From NCBI GenBank assembly GCA_020536535.1, contig JAHLWZ010000476.1:1-64000 (forward strand): a stretch of DNA of 64,000 bases. Reading direction: 5' to 3'. Shown here piece by piece: positions 47,608 to 59,476 of the stretch (position 1 is the stretch's first letter; the number at the start of each line of letters is the position of its first letter). This DNA is from Pelomyxa schiedti. Lineage: Eukaryota; Protista; Evosea. Under the pieces are notes generated by a model. That model was not told the DNA's origin. It did no database searches and saw nothing but the letters and a program-made list of their open reading frames with translations. Position numbers and translations under genes: made by a program.

Positions 47608-50600
47608 CTATGGTAAATTCTTCAAAATTGCTGAGTACGTGACTTCACTGATATGTGTCCGATTAAAATCGTCAGTGAGTTGAAGGTGAGAGGCCGTTTC
47701 TTGGCATAGTGTGTCATAGATGTAGGTAAACGAGGGCCGTGACGGTGGAAGGGGATCCCAGCATTGCTTAAGAACCTCGGCCAGTGAAGGGGGGCATTCT
47801 GGTGGAATTGCTAATCTTTCACCGGCATTAATAAGCCCACGGATGTGGGCCTCAGGTAATCCGATGAACGGGACTTGCCCATTAGTCAAAAGCTGAAAGG
47901 GGGTGAGTTGGGGCTAAAGAAAAGAGGCAGGAGTCCATTTACCTCCCATATGGCAACTCCGAGACTATATTTTTTGAGTGAGTTGGAAAGTTCAGGTGGA
48001 AAAAATGAGAAGAAACTACCTCCAAACGTCGGAAGCACTTGTGCATATTCCACTGTTGAGTGTTTCTATTGCCGCCCATCGGCATGCAACAACTGACAAT
48101 GTTGTTCGATAGTCTTCAACAGAAAATGTTGCAAGTCCAAAATCCTAATACCAAAAAGTTAATAGAGCCTTTGAAGTTGATTCAGTATGGCTTACAGAAA
48201 TCAACACTCTATAGCCGTGGGAATGTTTTGTGTACAATAAATTTCTAGCTGCTAGATCTCTGTGGACAATTCGCAAAGTACAGAGATATTCCATTCCAGC
48301 AGCAGCATCAGCAGCCATCCGCAGCCGGGTGTCCAAGCTAAGGTTATGGTTTCTAACTGTAATATCATCAATGTACTTCTTTTTATTGGGTGCAGTTGAC
48401 GAAACCCAAATCAAGAGTGTTCCCATCGCAAAGTTCCATCACCAAGAATTTCTGTGTCTCATATTTGGCATGTCCAAATACTTGAACAACATGAGGGTGC
48501 CGTAGGGTAGTTAAGATATTGAGTTCTTCGAAATTGGGTCTTGTGGGGTCCTTCGAAGCTGAAAGAGACTTCATTGCTACAAGAGTTGTGCCCGCCCAAA
48601 TTCCTCGGAATATGTGCCCAAAATTTCCCCTACCTTTCTTTTTGGTTAATGCAAAAGTATAATTACTTGCAAGAGTGAACCATGAACAGTGAGTGGTACA
48701 ACATTCGTGAGGTTTCTCATCTCCGGGGCTGCAATCCCTCCCAGATGGAAATAAGATAACACAAATCGAATTTTAGCTCTGTCCCCAATACTTACGCCCA
48801 GTGTATCAAAATTCGAGTCAGTGAGATAACTGAGTGACTCGGTTGTGTCCACTTGATTTTCAACAAGTAGTTGAGCAAGGTGTTTCGCATTGGGATATCC
48901 AATACCAGCTGTAACTAGAAGGTTCTCTAAAGATGGTGACGTGAGAGGTAGATTTTGTTGTGAAGACTGTGGTGGGTGTGACGAATGGACCGGCAGAAGT
49001 GATGGTGGCCGTGGCCCTTGCTCAGGTGCAGACATGGGCGGGAGAGGGGAACGAGAAGAGGAGGATGTTGGGGATGGAATAGTAGTTACTAGACATTGCT
49101 GAAACTGGCTACTTGCATTGCCAGGCAGCAATTCATTTGGGCTTGTAGGATGTACAGTCTGGGGTGATAGTGATGTTGGTGGTCGGTGCACAATATGTCG
49201 TGGATGTTCAGAGGTATATGGTGGCTGATTGTCGGAATGTTCATTTTGAGTGGCAGACGTAGTGTTGTGTTTGTTTGCAATATTAATGGAAATGGAGGAC
49301 GATTGCAGCAGCGAAGACTCTGTGGAACTAAGTGTATTTCCTTCTGAGTTCTTAGTCTGGTCACCATGCTTTAGGAGATGAGTCTCCACAGCCTCAATTA
49401 CCCCATTAATATTTGGCCTTTGGCTGGGGTCAAGACTCAGCATCTTGAATATTAAATGCTGTAGTTTTCCACCTTTCTTAAAAATACATGCATGCACGGC
49501 CGCAAGGCTGTTGACAGATGGAGGACCTGGAACAGTAAAGGCTCCCCGGTTGTTTAGGAGGAGAAACAGCAAACAGCCCAAGGACCATATCTTTTCACAG
49601 TTACAACTAGACTGGAAAAAGGACTCATACATCACTGGAAGTGTGTGATTTGCAAGGATCTGAAGAAAAGAGTTCAGGAGCAGGGTAAACAGCATTCATC
49701 TATCAATTCGGTCATCCTACTTGAGATAGAAAGGAAAAAGGAAAAACCCTTTGAATTCTGTCCTCGTGTGTTAAATATGTATCACCAGAGCAAACCATCG
49801 AGAAGTTGGCAAGTTTGTAGAGCTTTTCTTTACGAAAAACGTTCTGTGCACACACGTTGTAGTGAACGAGGTTATGCATATGTAGTGCCGCCACTCCGAG
49901 GCAAATTTGATGGAATGTGCACAGTGGACCTCCAACAATATTGCCACGAGGGCTATCTATTCAAGTTAATAACTACTCAAAAGGGAGAAGGCTTGCCTGC
50001 AGTGGAGGATGTTGAAGGTGGAGAAGATGGTGGGGATACTTGGACAAGTTCATCTGATAGAGCTTTGTCGCAGTGTTCCAACAACATAACGTACTGCGTC
50101 ACGCCATTAATCTGTGCGGGACTGTGCTCCTCTAAAGCCATTATGTGCTGTGACGTGAATCGATGGTGTGTTAACAGATCTCTATGAAAGAGTAAATACG
50201 GAACTTGGCCAAGGATTCAGCACACATTTCTGTCTGCATCTGGCGAGACAACTTCAGTGGAAGAATTTTTGCCGCAAAATGTGCTGAAGGTCCATTTGAG
50301 TGTTCTTTTGGCGCACGAGACTGTTGTGGTGCTTCTGAGAGCCAAAGTTGTCTTGGTGAGTAATGTGGTTGTAAAGTTCGAGTTGGTGGTGACCCTCTTG
50401 GAGATTTTGGCACAATTAGAGGAGGGAGTTTTGGAGAGTGTTGAGGTGACTGAATCTTAGATCTAGCAGATTTTGGCACAATTTCTAAAGGCGGAAGGAC
50501 ACGTCGCGGGAGAGGAGGAGAATCTGCAGTTCTTTTTTGCCATAGTGTAGGCGGACCTCTTTTTTTTGCCAAGGTGGAGCCAGTTGAGGGTGACCTAGGT

Positions 50601-51310
50601 CGTATCCCATTTGTAGTTGGTGAAGATATGTCTGGTGATGTTTCTGAATGTATTCGGAGATGCAGTAGTGGGGGTGGAAGAAATGATAGTGATTGAGTAG
50701 GTAGTGGTTTTAGTTTTACGGATTTTTTCGGCAAAGGTTGTGTTTGTGATAAGGAGTGATACTGTTGCCCTTGTGACACAAATGAGTGTGAGAGGGAGTG
50801 TGGAGGAGATGTGGTTGGGGAAGGTGAATTGCTTGAAGAAGCTGAATGAGAAGAAAGTTTATTGGACATAGATTGCGGGGAAATAAACATAGGGCCATCG
50901 TATCCACTAGGTCCTCTCTCAAGTGGTACATATTTGACATCACAACTTGAATCACATGACGAGGACCTTCTATGGGGAGGTAGTGGCGCCCTTCCAGTTC
51001 TGACTTCTCCGCGTTGGGGGTGAGTGGGCCCCTTTGTGTTGTGCCGTGTATTTGCAGTGTCCTCAATGCCAGTTAATTTCTTAGTGTGGCTTTTGGAGTG
51101 CGTGTGGCTGGTGGGTGATGTCATCGCTGGTAGGATGTCTTGGGGTGACAGTAACGGTGGAGAGACAGATCTTGCGTTACACAAGCACTGTGGAAGATCC
51201 CGCGTACGCAAGGAGATCCGCATATGGTCGCTCGGTCTGTCGTCAGTTGGCAACACTTCCTCCACCGAATAGAGTGTGTCCAATGCAGTGGACGATATAG
51301 TATGCCCCAA
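47608..51310 (-). CDS. Tandem pseudokinase - SAM - tyrosine kinase; multi-exon, start uncertain
   Basis: N-terminal kinase fold with HYNVCAQN/LANFS/IWSLGC/DPSQRP; SAM-like LGVSIGDRAKI; C-terminal GKGNFG, VAMK, HRDLAARN, DFGLA, RWAAIE, SDVWS. Confidence 0.85.
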
Positions 51311-51750
51311 CGAGAACCATCTGCCTAAGTGCCTTATTACTTACCATGTTTACAAGTAAAAAATAAAGAAATAAAGAAAAAAGGGAAAAAGACGGAGGCG
51401 ACTCGCGCTGCAGTAAAAACGTGAAAAAAACAGAAAGTCCAGGGTCGTTGCTTCAACCTGAACGCAGGCAAAAACGGTCCATGTCCCAACGAAGGGAGAA
51501 AAAAAAAAAAGAAAGACTCACTTAGCGTAATTGACATGTGTCAAAAGATTTGATAAGCCGGCGTGTCCGACATTGACACGAAAAGTCAAAGGAGATGCAC
51601 AGCTTGCCAGAACCCCCTGTGTGGAAAGGAAAATTCCCTTTTTTGTCAAACTTGCACTGATCAATCCCTGTGGATGGTGACAGGTTTGGGCCAAGCAGAA
51701 CAAGGTGATCCCGACCAAGGTTTATGATGTGGTACCTCATCTCTTCCACC

Positions 51751-54255
51751 ATGAACCATTCCGGTAACCCCAGTGGTCGCCCAAACTCCAATTTCTCGAA
51801 AATGAACGAACGGCAGCGAACCGCAACGGGTACGACCACCGGGTCCCACAATTCCCGCTCGCAGAGCCCCCTCCAAACACCATCGTTGCGCCCAACCGGG
51901 GCCGGCGCCCCGACGGCACCCGCCGGCCCAGTGACCAACAGCAACAGCAATCGTGGGACGTCGACCACAGGCCCCCCGGAACCCAGAGCGGGTGACACTC
52001 TAGGAGTCGCGGACCATCGCAGCTATACCACCACCACCACCAACTCATCGTCGTTCACCGCCAGTGTATGTGTCAGCGACATCGACGGCGGGTCCAACTA
52101 CAACGACACGGCCAGCACATGCACGGACATCACCCCTGAAGCTGGTGGTACATGCACTGGCACCGCTACTGTCACTGGTACCGGCACTGGCACCGGAACA
52201 GGAACGGGAACGGGAACGGGAACGGGGACTGGGACTATTATTGGCACTTGCTCTGATACGAATAGTGACGTGGACACTGTGTGCGACAGTTGCAGTGGCA
52301 GTGCCAGCGGAACCGGCAGTGGCAGTAATAGTAATAGTCATAGTAACAGTCGCAGCAGCAGCAGCAGCAGGAATACTGGAAGTGAGGATATGTCAGACTC
52401 TGCCACCAAGGCCAAGGTTAATCCTAAGGGTGGGCACAGGGTGGCAATGGCACCTGGTTCGCGTTGTACAACAACTACAACTGAGACTACATCCACAGTT
52501 AAAACTCCCAATGGTCATGGTAGTACCGCCGCTGGCACTAGATGTCACTCAGATGAGTTGTGTCAGAGCACACAGGTAACCGGCACTCCGTGCGAAAAGG
52601 TGGGAGAGAGATCAGGGTCTGTGCCGGGTGATGAAATTGATGGTTTAACACGAGGTAGCATATCTTGGATGCCGGAACTGAGGCACGCTTTGAATTTGCT
52701 CGGCTGGTGTGTCATGTCTTCTGTTGCCTGGATTATATGGATCCCGCTCGTTGTTCTCACTTTATCTCGTATCAAGTGGGCTACCTGTTATTTAATAACA
52801 CTCTGTAACTGATATGAACTTGAAGGGATTCAGCAGGAAATAAGGCCAAGTATCTTCGTAGTTTCATATTTACACTTCAAAGTGAGTGTGCAGTCCTATG
52901 CTGGGAGGGATGTTTACTTTTTTTCCTTTTCACGTGATGAAACAGTCTGTGGAATGATGTTACCCGTACCGTTTATTTTTTATGGGGCCCTTGGCCCCTA
53001 CTTGAAATTGTCCAAATATAGTAAGTTGGCCTTCTTATTTACCTGTTTCCTCTGTGTAGTTGCCATTACTACCGTTCCTTGCATTGTTCTTTTTGAAGGT
53101 TGCAACTCACATATACCCCGCCTAAACTCACTGCAATCAGTTGGAATTAATAGGTTCGCAGCTTTTCGTATTCCTATTCCATCAACTGTTGCAATACTTG
53201 CTGTAGTCATTGTGCTTTTTGCCATCGGCACACACAAGTTGCGCGTACTATTTTTCCTGCTGCCAGTGGGAATTGTGGGGGCTGTTGCTCTATTTGGAGA
53301 CATGTTTATCATACCAGCCTCGAGAGATATGGATGGGGCTGCAGGCACGCTGTGGAGAGCTATCTCTTTACCCCTGATGTCATTGCTTGCTGTTGTGACT
53401 TTCCGAGGAGCATCGTTTAGGTAATTCTTAATTAGTCTCCTTAATCTGATGGAAAAAGTTTGTACCATTCATTACCAGTAAAAACCTTGAGTACATTGTT
53501 CCCAGAAGCTTGCACGTTACCTTTAGTACTCTTTTTTGGTCGGTTCTCTGTAATCAATCTCCCGTCCCTGTGGGCCACTTTATTAGGGACCATAACCTTC
53601 CGTGCACTTGAGACACTTTGGGTATGCAGCATTCATTTATAGGCACTTCTAAGAGTAACGGATAGATCCTTATTGGTTGGATTCTCACTCCTCCACACAT
53701 GATTGAGTACGTTAACACTTGCGTGGCTGGAAAATTTGGTTTGAACAAGACCAGTCCGGCAATGAAACTGTTCAAAGGCTTACTGGAATTCTTTGTCACA
53801 CCAGACCTGCCCTTTCAGCTGGAGCACACCAACATCGTGTGCTTTGCTGGAACTACCGCCGGTGTATTCTCCTGTGTACTGCTTTATGTATTCACAAATA
53901 CCTACGTGAAGGAGGTGTTCCAGGAGAACCTGAGGCACGACGTGACATTGGTTTTGTGCTGTATGCTGGCTGCTGATGTGTATTTCCTGGTTGTTCTGTG
54001 CTATGTATCCAGGAGAATGACCGGCAGCGCTCCGGCTTTTGGCTTGCACAAATTCCCGTGCTTTGTGAATGCTTTGGGAATGGTGTATGGAAACATGTTC
54101 GTTACGTTCTGGATGGCTTGGAAAGCTTTCACCATGCTTATTTGTCAAAACCAAGTATGTACAATTTCCTATCTCGGGCGTCCAAATTCATGCACAAAAA
54201 ACTAAAACTACAGAGCATTGTGAAGAATGAGTGGGCGTCGTGTGATTTGCGGTGA
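51751..54255 (+). CDS. Multi-pass membrane protein of unknown function with Thr/Gly/Ser-rich N-terminus; multi-exon
   Basis: Chained + ORFs with about 10 or more hydrophobic segments; no family recognised. Confidence 0.7.
52153..52236 (+). repeat. Coding (Gly-Thr)n hexamer repeat
   Basis: ggcact/ggaacg units encoding GTGTGTGT. Confidence 0.8.
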
Positions 54256-54360
54256 AATACCTTTCCCCAGAAATTGTAGTTTTGGAAATTTTGTATTGTA
54301 AGACAAAACTTTTTTTTTGCTATTACGTTTATAGTGGTTTTTTGTGATTCTCTTTACTTG

Positions 54361-57300
54361 TTACATGCCAATGTCGGCAAGTAGTCGTGGTGGCAGTACT
54401 ACTTTGGCCGCTTGTGTCAATAATACATCGTATTCTGCATAACGGGTTTAGCACGAAAGGTAGTGTCTGGTTGTTACCTTGGGGTGACATTTTGTGGGGT
54501 TCACTTTGGAGAAATGGTATTATTTCCGAAAATGACAACTTGAAGAGTTTTTCTGTTGGGCATTAGCCCAAAAAAAGAATTTAGGTTGCACAATACCTCT
54601 GTTCATCTTCAGAAAGGAAAGTGCAACTTTGAAAACGACAGTAAAATCTTCACAAAAAAACCAATCCCTAATGGGAGTTAATGGTTCTCTAATCCCGCCA
54701 AGAGGTACCATATCATGGATACCAAAGGAACAGGAAAAGAGCCTGCGAAAATTGTGAGAAACCATGAGGCAAATGCACCATAGGGGACATTCAAATCGTT
54801 CTAATGAGAAGTTAGTTCCAAATCAGGGAAATAGCATTCCTACAAAAAACTCGGAAATATCAGGAATGAGTCTGCTAACGAGAGCCTCGAATGCTGTTAA
54901 TGAGGAGGAAAGACATGGAACACCAGCCAGAAAGAATCCGCGCATACTATACAACAGTAGAATGCTGTCAAGAGTCCAAAAAGCCGCTTCCTCATTCATT
55001 CGCATAAGGAGTGTTCCGACAACAAAGTTTAGACCCTGGCAATACCCAACATCACTGTCACGAACGGAGTATGCATACAAAACTCGATAAAGAGTTTCTT
55101 GTCTGTAAAAAAGAGATTAAAGAGCAGCTTTTCCTCCCAAAAAGTTACCCAGTGGCAGTGGCGAAGAAGGGGTGATTTGGGAAAGTCCTCCCAACATCAA
55201 CTTTAATCTTCCGGGCAAACTCATTGTCCTCAGTACTTTTAAGGTGCATCTTGTTTCCGTTGGAATCGAGGAATGACTTTTATGTGTCATACTTCATATT
55301 CCTGGGGGTGTGAAGTTTGTCTTTCCCCAGAACACGATAGCTTCTGCCATAAATACCCTCGCAAGCAGTCAGGAACACCTTTTCGGACTTTTTCTTTGAT
55401 CTGCTGCATAAGGCCGATGAAAATTAAGGAGGTATATACCTTCTTCTTTCGGGGTTGATAAAAGGCTTCCCAGTTTATTAAAGCAGAAATCCACTTGGAA
55501 ATGAGTTTTTCCATTGCAAGGTTGTTTCTTAGCCATGTGTATGTCGATGTGTCAATTATCTTTTCGTCAAATGTCCCATTGTATAGAATGAGTGTTGGTT
55601 CCACCTTTTGGCATAAGTATTGCTTCTCCTACTTAGTGTTGTATTATACCAGTGAAGATAAACTGTATGACTCGAGAGTTCGCGAGTTATCAAGCCAAAG
55701 CCCCACAAGCTTTTGCTGGTACCCTAGTGGCAAAAAAGCTAAGAAGTTCTTAACACCACTTGTCTCATAATTCTGTTTTAGAAGTGAGTGTTGCCCATGA
55801 AGGACAGGAATGAAACATGCAGTAATGATGTTATTAAAGACTGTGCTGTGTCTGTTGCGGAATATGTAATTTTCCTTGCAATATGGAACTCTGGGATAAT
55901 GATTCTGCCCAATCATTAGACCAACAGAAATCAGAAAAGAAATGTCTACGTGACGCTGAGCGTTTTCACTTCGTATAGTGTTTGGTAAGACCATAGAGCA
56001 TCAATAACCTACAAGAACCATAGGTTAACACAAGAATACAATAAGCTAAAATTTAAATGTGTTGTTTGCATGCAAGCTTATTGTTGGCGCCATTAGTCTT
56101 CACTTTTTGCAGCATCTGCCTGGATAAAACCGTGGAGCTGCTCAGAGGTACAGTGAAGTCCTATTGCCATCTTAGTAGGAGAAATAAAACTATCTAGTAC
56201 ATCAGGAATGTCAGTTCGGGAGGTGTTTGAGTAGCCCTCAGTTCCGAATTTTGTTACATATCTTCTGAATCCCCAGGCAGAGTCTTCTGGATAAGTTACG
56301 TGATTTAGATAAGCATTGACATTTCTGAACTAATAATTGCATAAGGACAGACATCAACAACATTAATACTACCAGTAGGTGTAGATGACGATTTAGCAGG
56401 TTCTTCCAAGACATCGTTATCTACCACCACAAGAGAGTGCTTGGGGTTCTCATTTGATAATGGTGAATCAGTGCGTTCGCGATTCGCGTGCCTGTTTTCA
56501 CAGGTTTCGGATGTTGGTGAGTGTCGAGTTTGTGATGGATTGATTGAAGCAGTTGAATCCATAAGGGCCATCAGTGCAGGTGCTGATGAACGCAGAGTGG
56601 AGTTTAGACTTGCATCCGTCAGTGAGACGATTTGCTCCGAGGTTGCCGATTTCATGAGCCCGGGACGCTGTGAATTGATCTTGGATTCACTTGAAGGGGA
56701 GGCGGTGCTGGAAGTGTTTAGTGTAGTGGATTTTGGCGGCGCATCTGCAGCAGTTTTTGTGTTGTCTCTTCTGCTGTTATTTGGACTTGCCACTGGTTCA
56801 GTGGGGATAAAGAAACGAGAAGCCATTCCGGGTTGGAGACTGTCCATCATTGCCTGCACCCCCACCAGCATCCCCAAAGCTTCGTACAGGCAGCCAATGA
56901 GCTCGTCGCGCCACGACCTGCCTCGCCCAACGACCACACACACTCTTCCGACGCCAATCAGGTTTTTGGTCCCCACGCCTATCCTCGCATGGAAGCACAC
57001 GGATCTCATGCTTGGGATAGATCTGTGCGCCCTCACCGAGGTCACATGACTCGGCCTCGGCGGTTTCGACGTGGGTGGACCGCTCATCGCGCTCGTCGTT
57101 GCAGCGTTGGCGGCGTGGGTCTGGGCCGCAGTTGCAGTTGCAGCCGCAGCCGCAGTCGCAGAGCTTTTCTTTGTGGGAGGCGGGGAGTTCTTAATTATTT
57201 CGGCGAGGCTTTTCGGCTTGGCATTGGAGGCGGCTGAAGGCTTGGATTTCGAGGGCGACTTGGATGCCGCCGGTTTTTTTTGCGCTTGCTCTGGGACGGC

Positions 57301-57402
57301 AAGCAATGACACAGCCCTTCGGTGACCTGAGGACCCAGACGTGCTTGTGGGGGGACTTTCCTTGCCGGTAACGTCTGCTGTGTCGTCACGGCGTCTCGAC
57401 AT
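54361..57402 (-). CDS. TBC-domain Rab GTPase-activating protein; multi-exon
   Basis: RKGVPDCLRGYLWQKL, IKVDVGRTFP (R finger), GYCQGLNFVVG (Q finger), VFKVALSFL. Confidence 0.92.
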
Positions 57403-57670
57403 TTTGTTTTTCTAATAAACGGACATGCGTAGTGACCGATCGGCTTTTTTTGGATTGAGAAATTCCGACAGATCTGTAAATGGACTGTGTGCTGTCTGGT
57501 TTTTTTCCAGATCGTGGGTGTCTGTGATGAAGCACCCAGGAGGAGTTAGAGACGCAGGAACAAGATGACGAGGATGAGGAACTTCTTCTCTTTTTCCAAA
57601 CCAAATGTCCTAAGAATCAGCATGTAAAATAGCTTAAAAACGTGTGATAGTGGACCTAGTTTCAATTAAC

Positions 57671-59280
57671 TCAACAGTTACTCGTAGTCGCGGTGGAGTC
57701 CCTGTCACCACGTGAATTGGGTGTAGAGGATGCGGCAGCAGTGGCCATTATGGGATCGGTTGCATTGGGGGTTGGAGTATGTTGTGCTTCAGGGCTGTGT
57801 GTTTCAGTGGGAGAGGGGTATGTAAGAGGAGGTAGGGGATTCATAAACTGACTCCACATGACTTTTGGTTTGCCCGCGAGGCTCCGGCAGAGTTCTTGGA
57901 TAGCCGCATCGGTTTGACCTTGAATGATCTGTTGCACATTTCGTTTATCTTCTTCGGTTTGCACTCTTACGCGCTGGGTAATCATGTTCATCTGTGGTTA
58001 TTTTAGTTGTTGGTTAATGCAAACAAATCCGTATTGACGGAACACGTGCCTTTCCTATATAAATGTGGTCAGTAACAAATTGAGACAATAGGTCCACGAG
58101 GGCCGCGGCATTGTGTGTGTCAAGACACGGCTCCATATTGACACTTGTTCTGTATCCCTCAGAGAAGGCATACTACTTTAACATCACAAATTTCCTTAAT
58201 TAGATATTGTTGTAGACTTTAAGGGCCTCGAATCTCTCTTCAAAAGTGGGTGCATGAGGTTCCCAATAGCTTAGTAAAGAATTGTTCTGTGCCCCAATAG
58301 TGAATCGGAAAACAAGTAAATGCTTGTAGGGTTTAAATTCGCTGCACATTCGGGTTACGCAGGACATATGGGGTTTAGAAAAGATGTAGACAAAGTTCCC
58401 TGCCTGAAAAAGCTTTTTTAACACCTTCAAGATGTTATCCAAGTATAAAATGTTAGGTGGAGCCCACAGTTATGCATGCTTCAAGAACAGAGGGGAAAAT
58501 ATCGTGGGACGACGGAAACATTACCTAAAACTTTAGTGCACTTCTTCAATCCCTAATCCCACACCGCTCCATTTTTAAGCTTCCTCCTGGATTTGTTTAC
58601 TTCACTCCAGCGGATCGATGGATTCTGGTCCCATTCATCGGCACTTGTTTGATGGTATCTTGAAGTAGCATAGTGCCTAGCATAACAATATCTGCATTTG
58701 TGCAAGCAACCTGCACACGGTGAGAAGGGAAAAAAAAAGACTCAGTACACTCCCTAAACAAAACAAGTGGCATAATAATAACACAACAAGACCAAAACAG
58801 AAACACCCAAATATAACCAGCCGTAACAAGAGAAAACACGAAGCCCAAAAACTCACCCGTCACGCAGTTGACAGAGTGCCGCACGATCCTCTCAATGTCG
58901 TTGTCCCCCTCGCACCCCTCGTCCCCGCCCATAAGCCCCATCCTTCCCGCCTTGGTGGCGTTGTTGTTGGCACTAGCACCAGTCGCGCTCGTAGTAGTCG
59001 TAGTCGTAGTAGTCCTAGTCGTAGCCGTTGTTGTATCATCGCTGATCCCCACGGCGTTTCCATGGCCGCCCCCAAAATTCGCCTTGCTGGTTGTGGTCGC
59101 GTCCAACGCCGTGGTGGCTGCTCCCGGGCTCGCCCTCACAGTGGCCGTCGGCGCCGCGTGGCCTGGGTCCGCCACCGTCTTGGTGTCGGGCGAGGAAGCA
59201 CCCAGTGCCCGGCCAAAGACAACTTGGTCCAGGGTGGTTTGCACCAGGCGACGTCGCTTCGGTGTCGTCGCGTTGGCCAT
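57671..59280 (-). CDS. Radical SAM protein, spore-photoproduct-lyase-like (prokaryote/phage-type), with eukaryote-style N-terminal extension; multi-exon
   Basis: After removing intron 58856-58711: NCVTGCLHKCRYCYA (CxxxCxxC); then VMFPSSHD, FSKPH, FRFTIG, WEPHAPTFEERFEALK, TSVNMEP, IYIGKMN. Confidence 0.88.
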
Positions 59281-59476
59281 TACGCCGGCTAGATAAATCT
59301 AGTTTCAGACAAGTCGCGGGTTGGCTTGAGTTTGGCTTTCTTTTCTGCATGCAAACAAACCAAATAACAGAAATGACACGCGAACTCTGCCGTGTCCGGC
59401 AATAAACATATATGTATTTGGTGTGTACAGAAATACAAGTCTTGGCGTTGTGAGGAGCCTCGATGAGGACACCACA

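Noticed and set aside
6243-59280. Prokaryote-like genes as bacterial contamination or a defence island
   Set aside because: All carry spliceosomal introns and are interleaved with core eukaryotic genes; no operon structure
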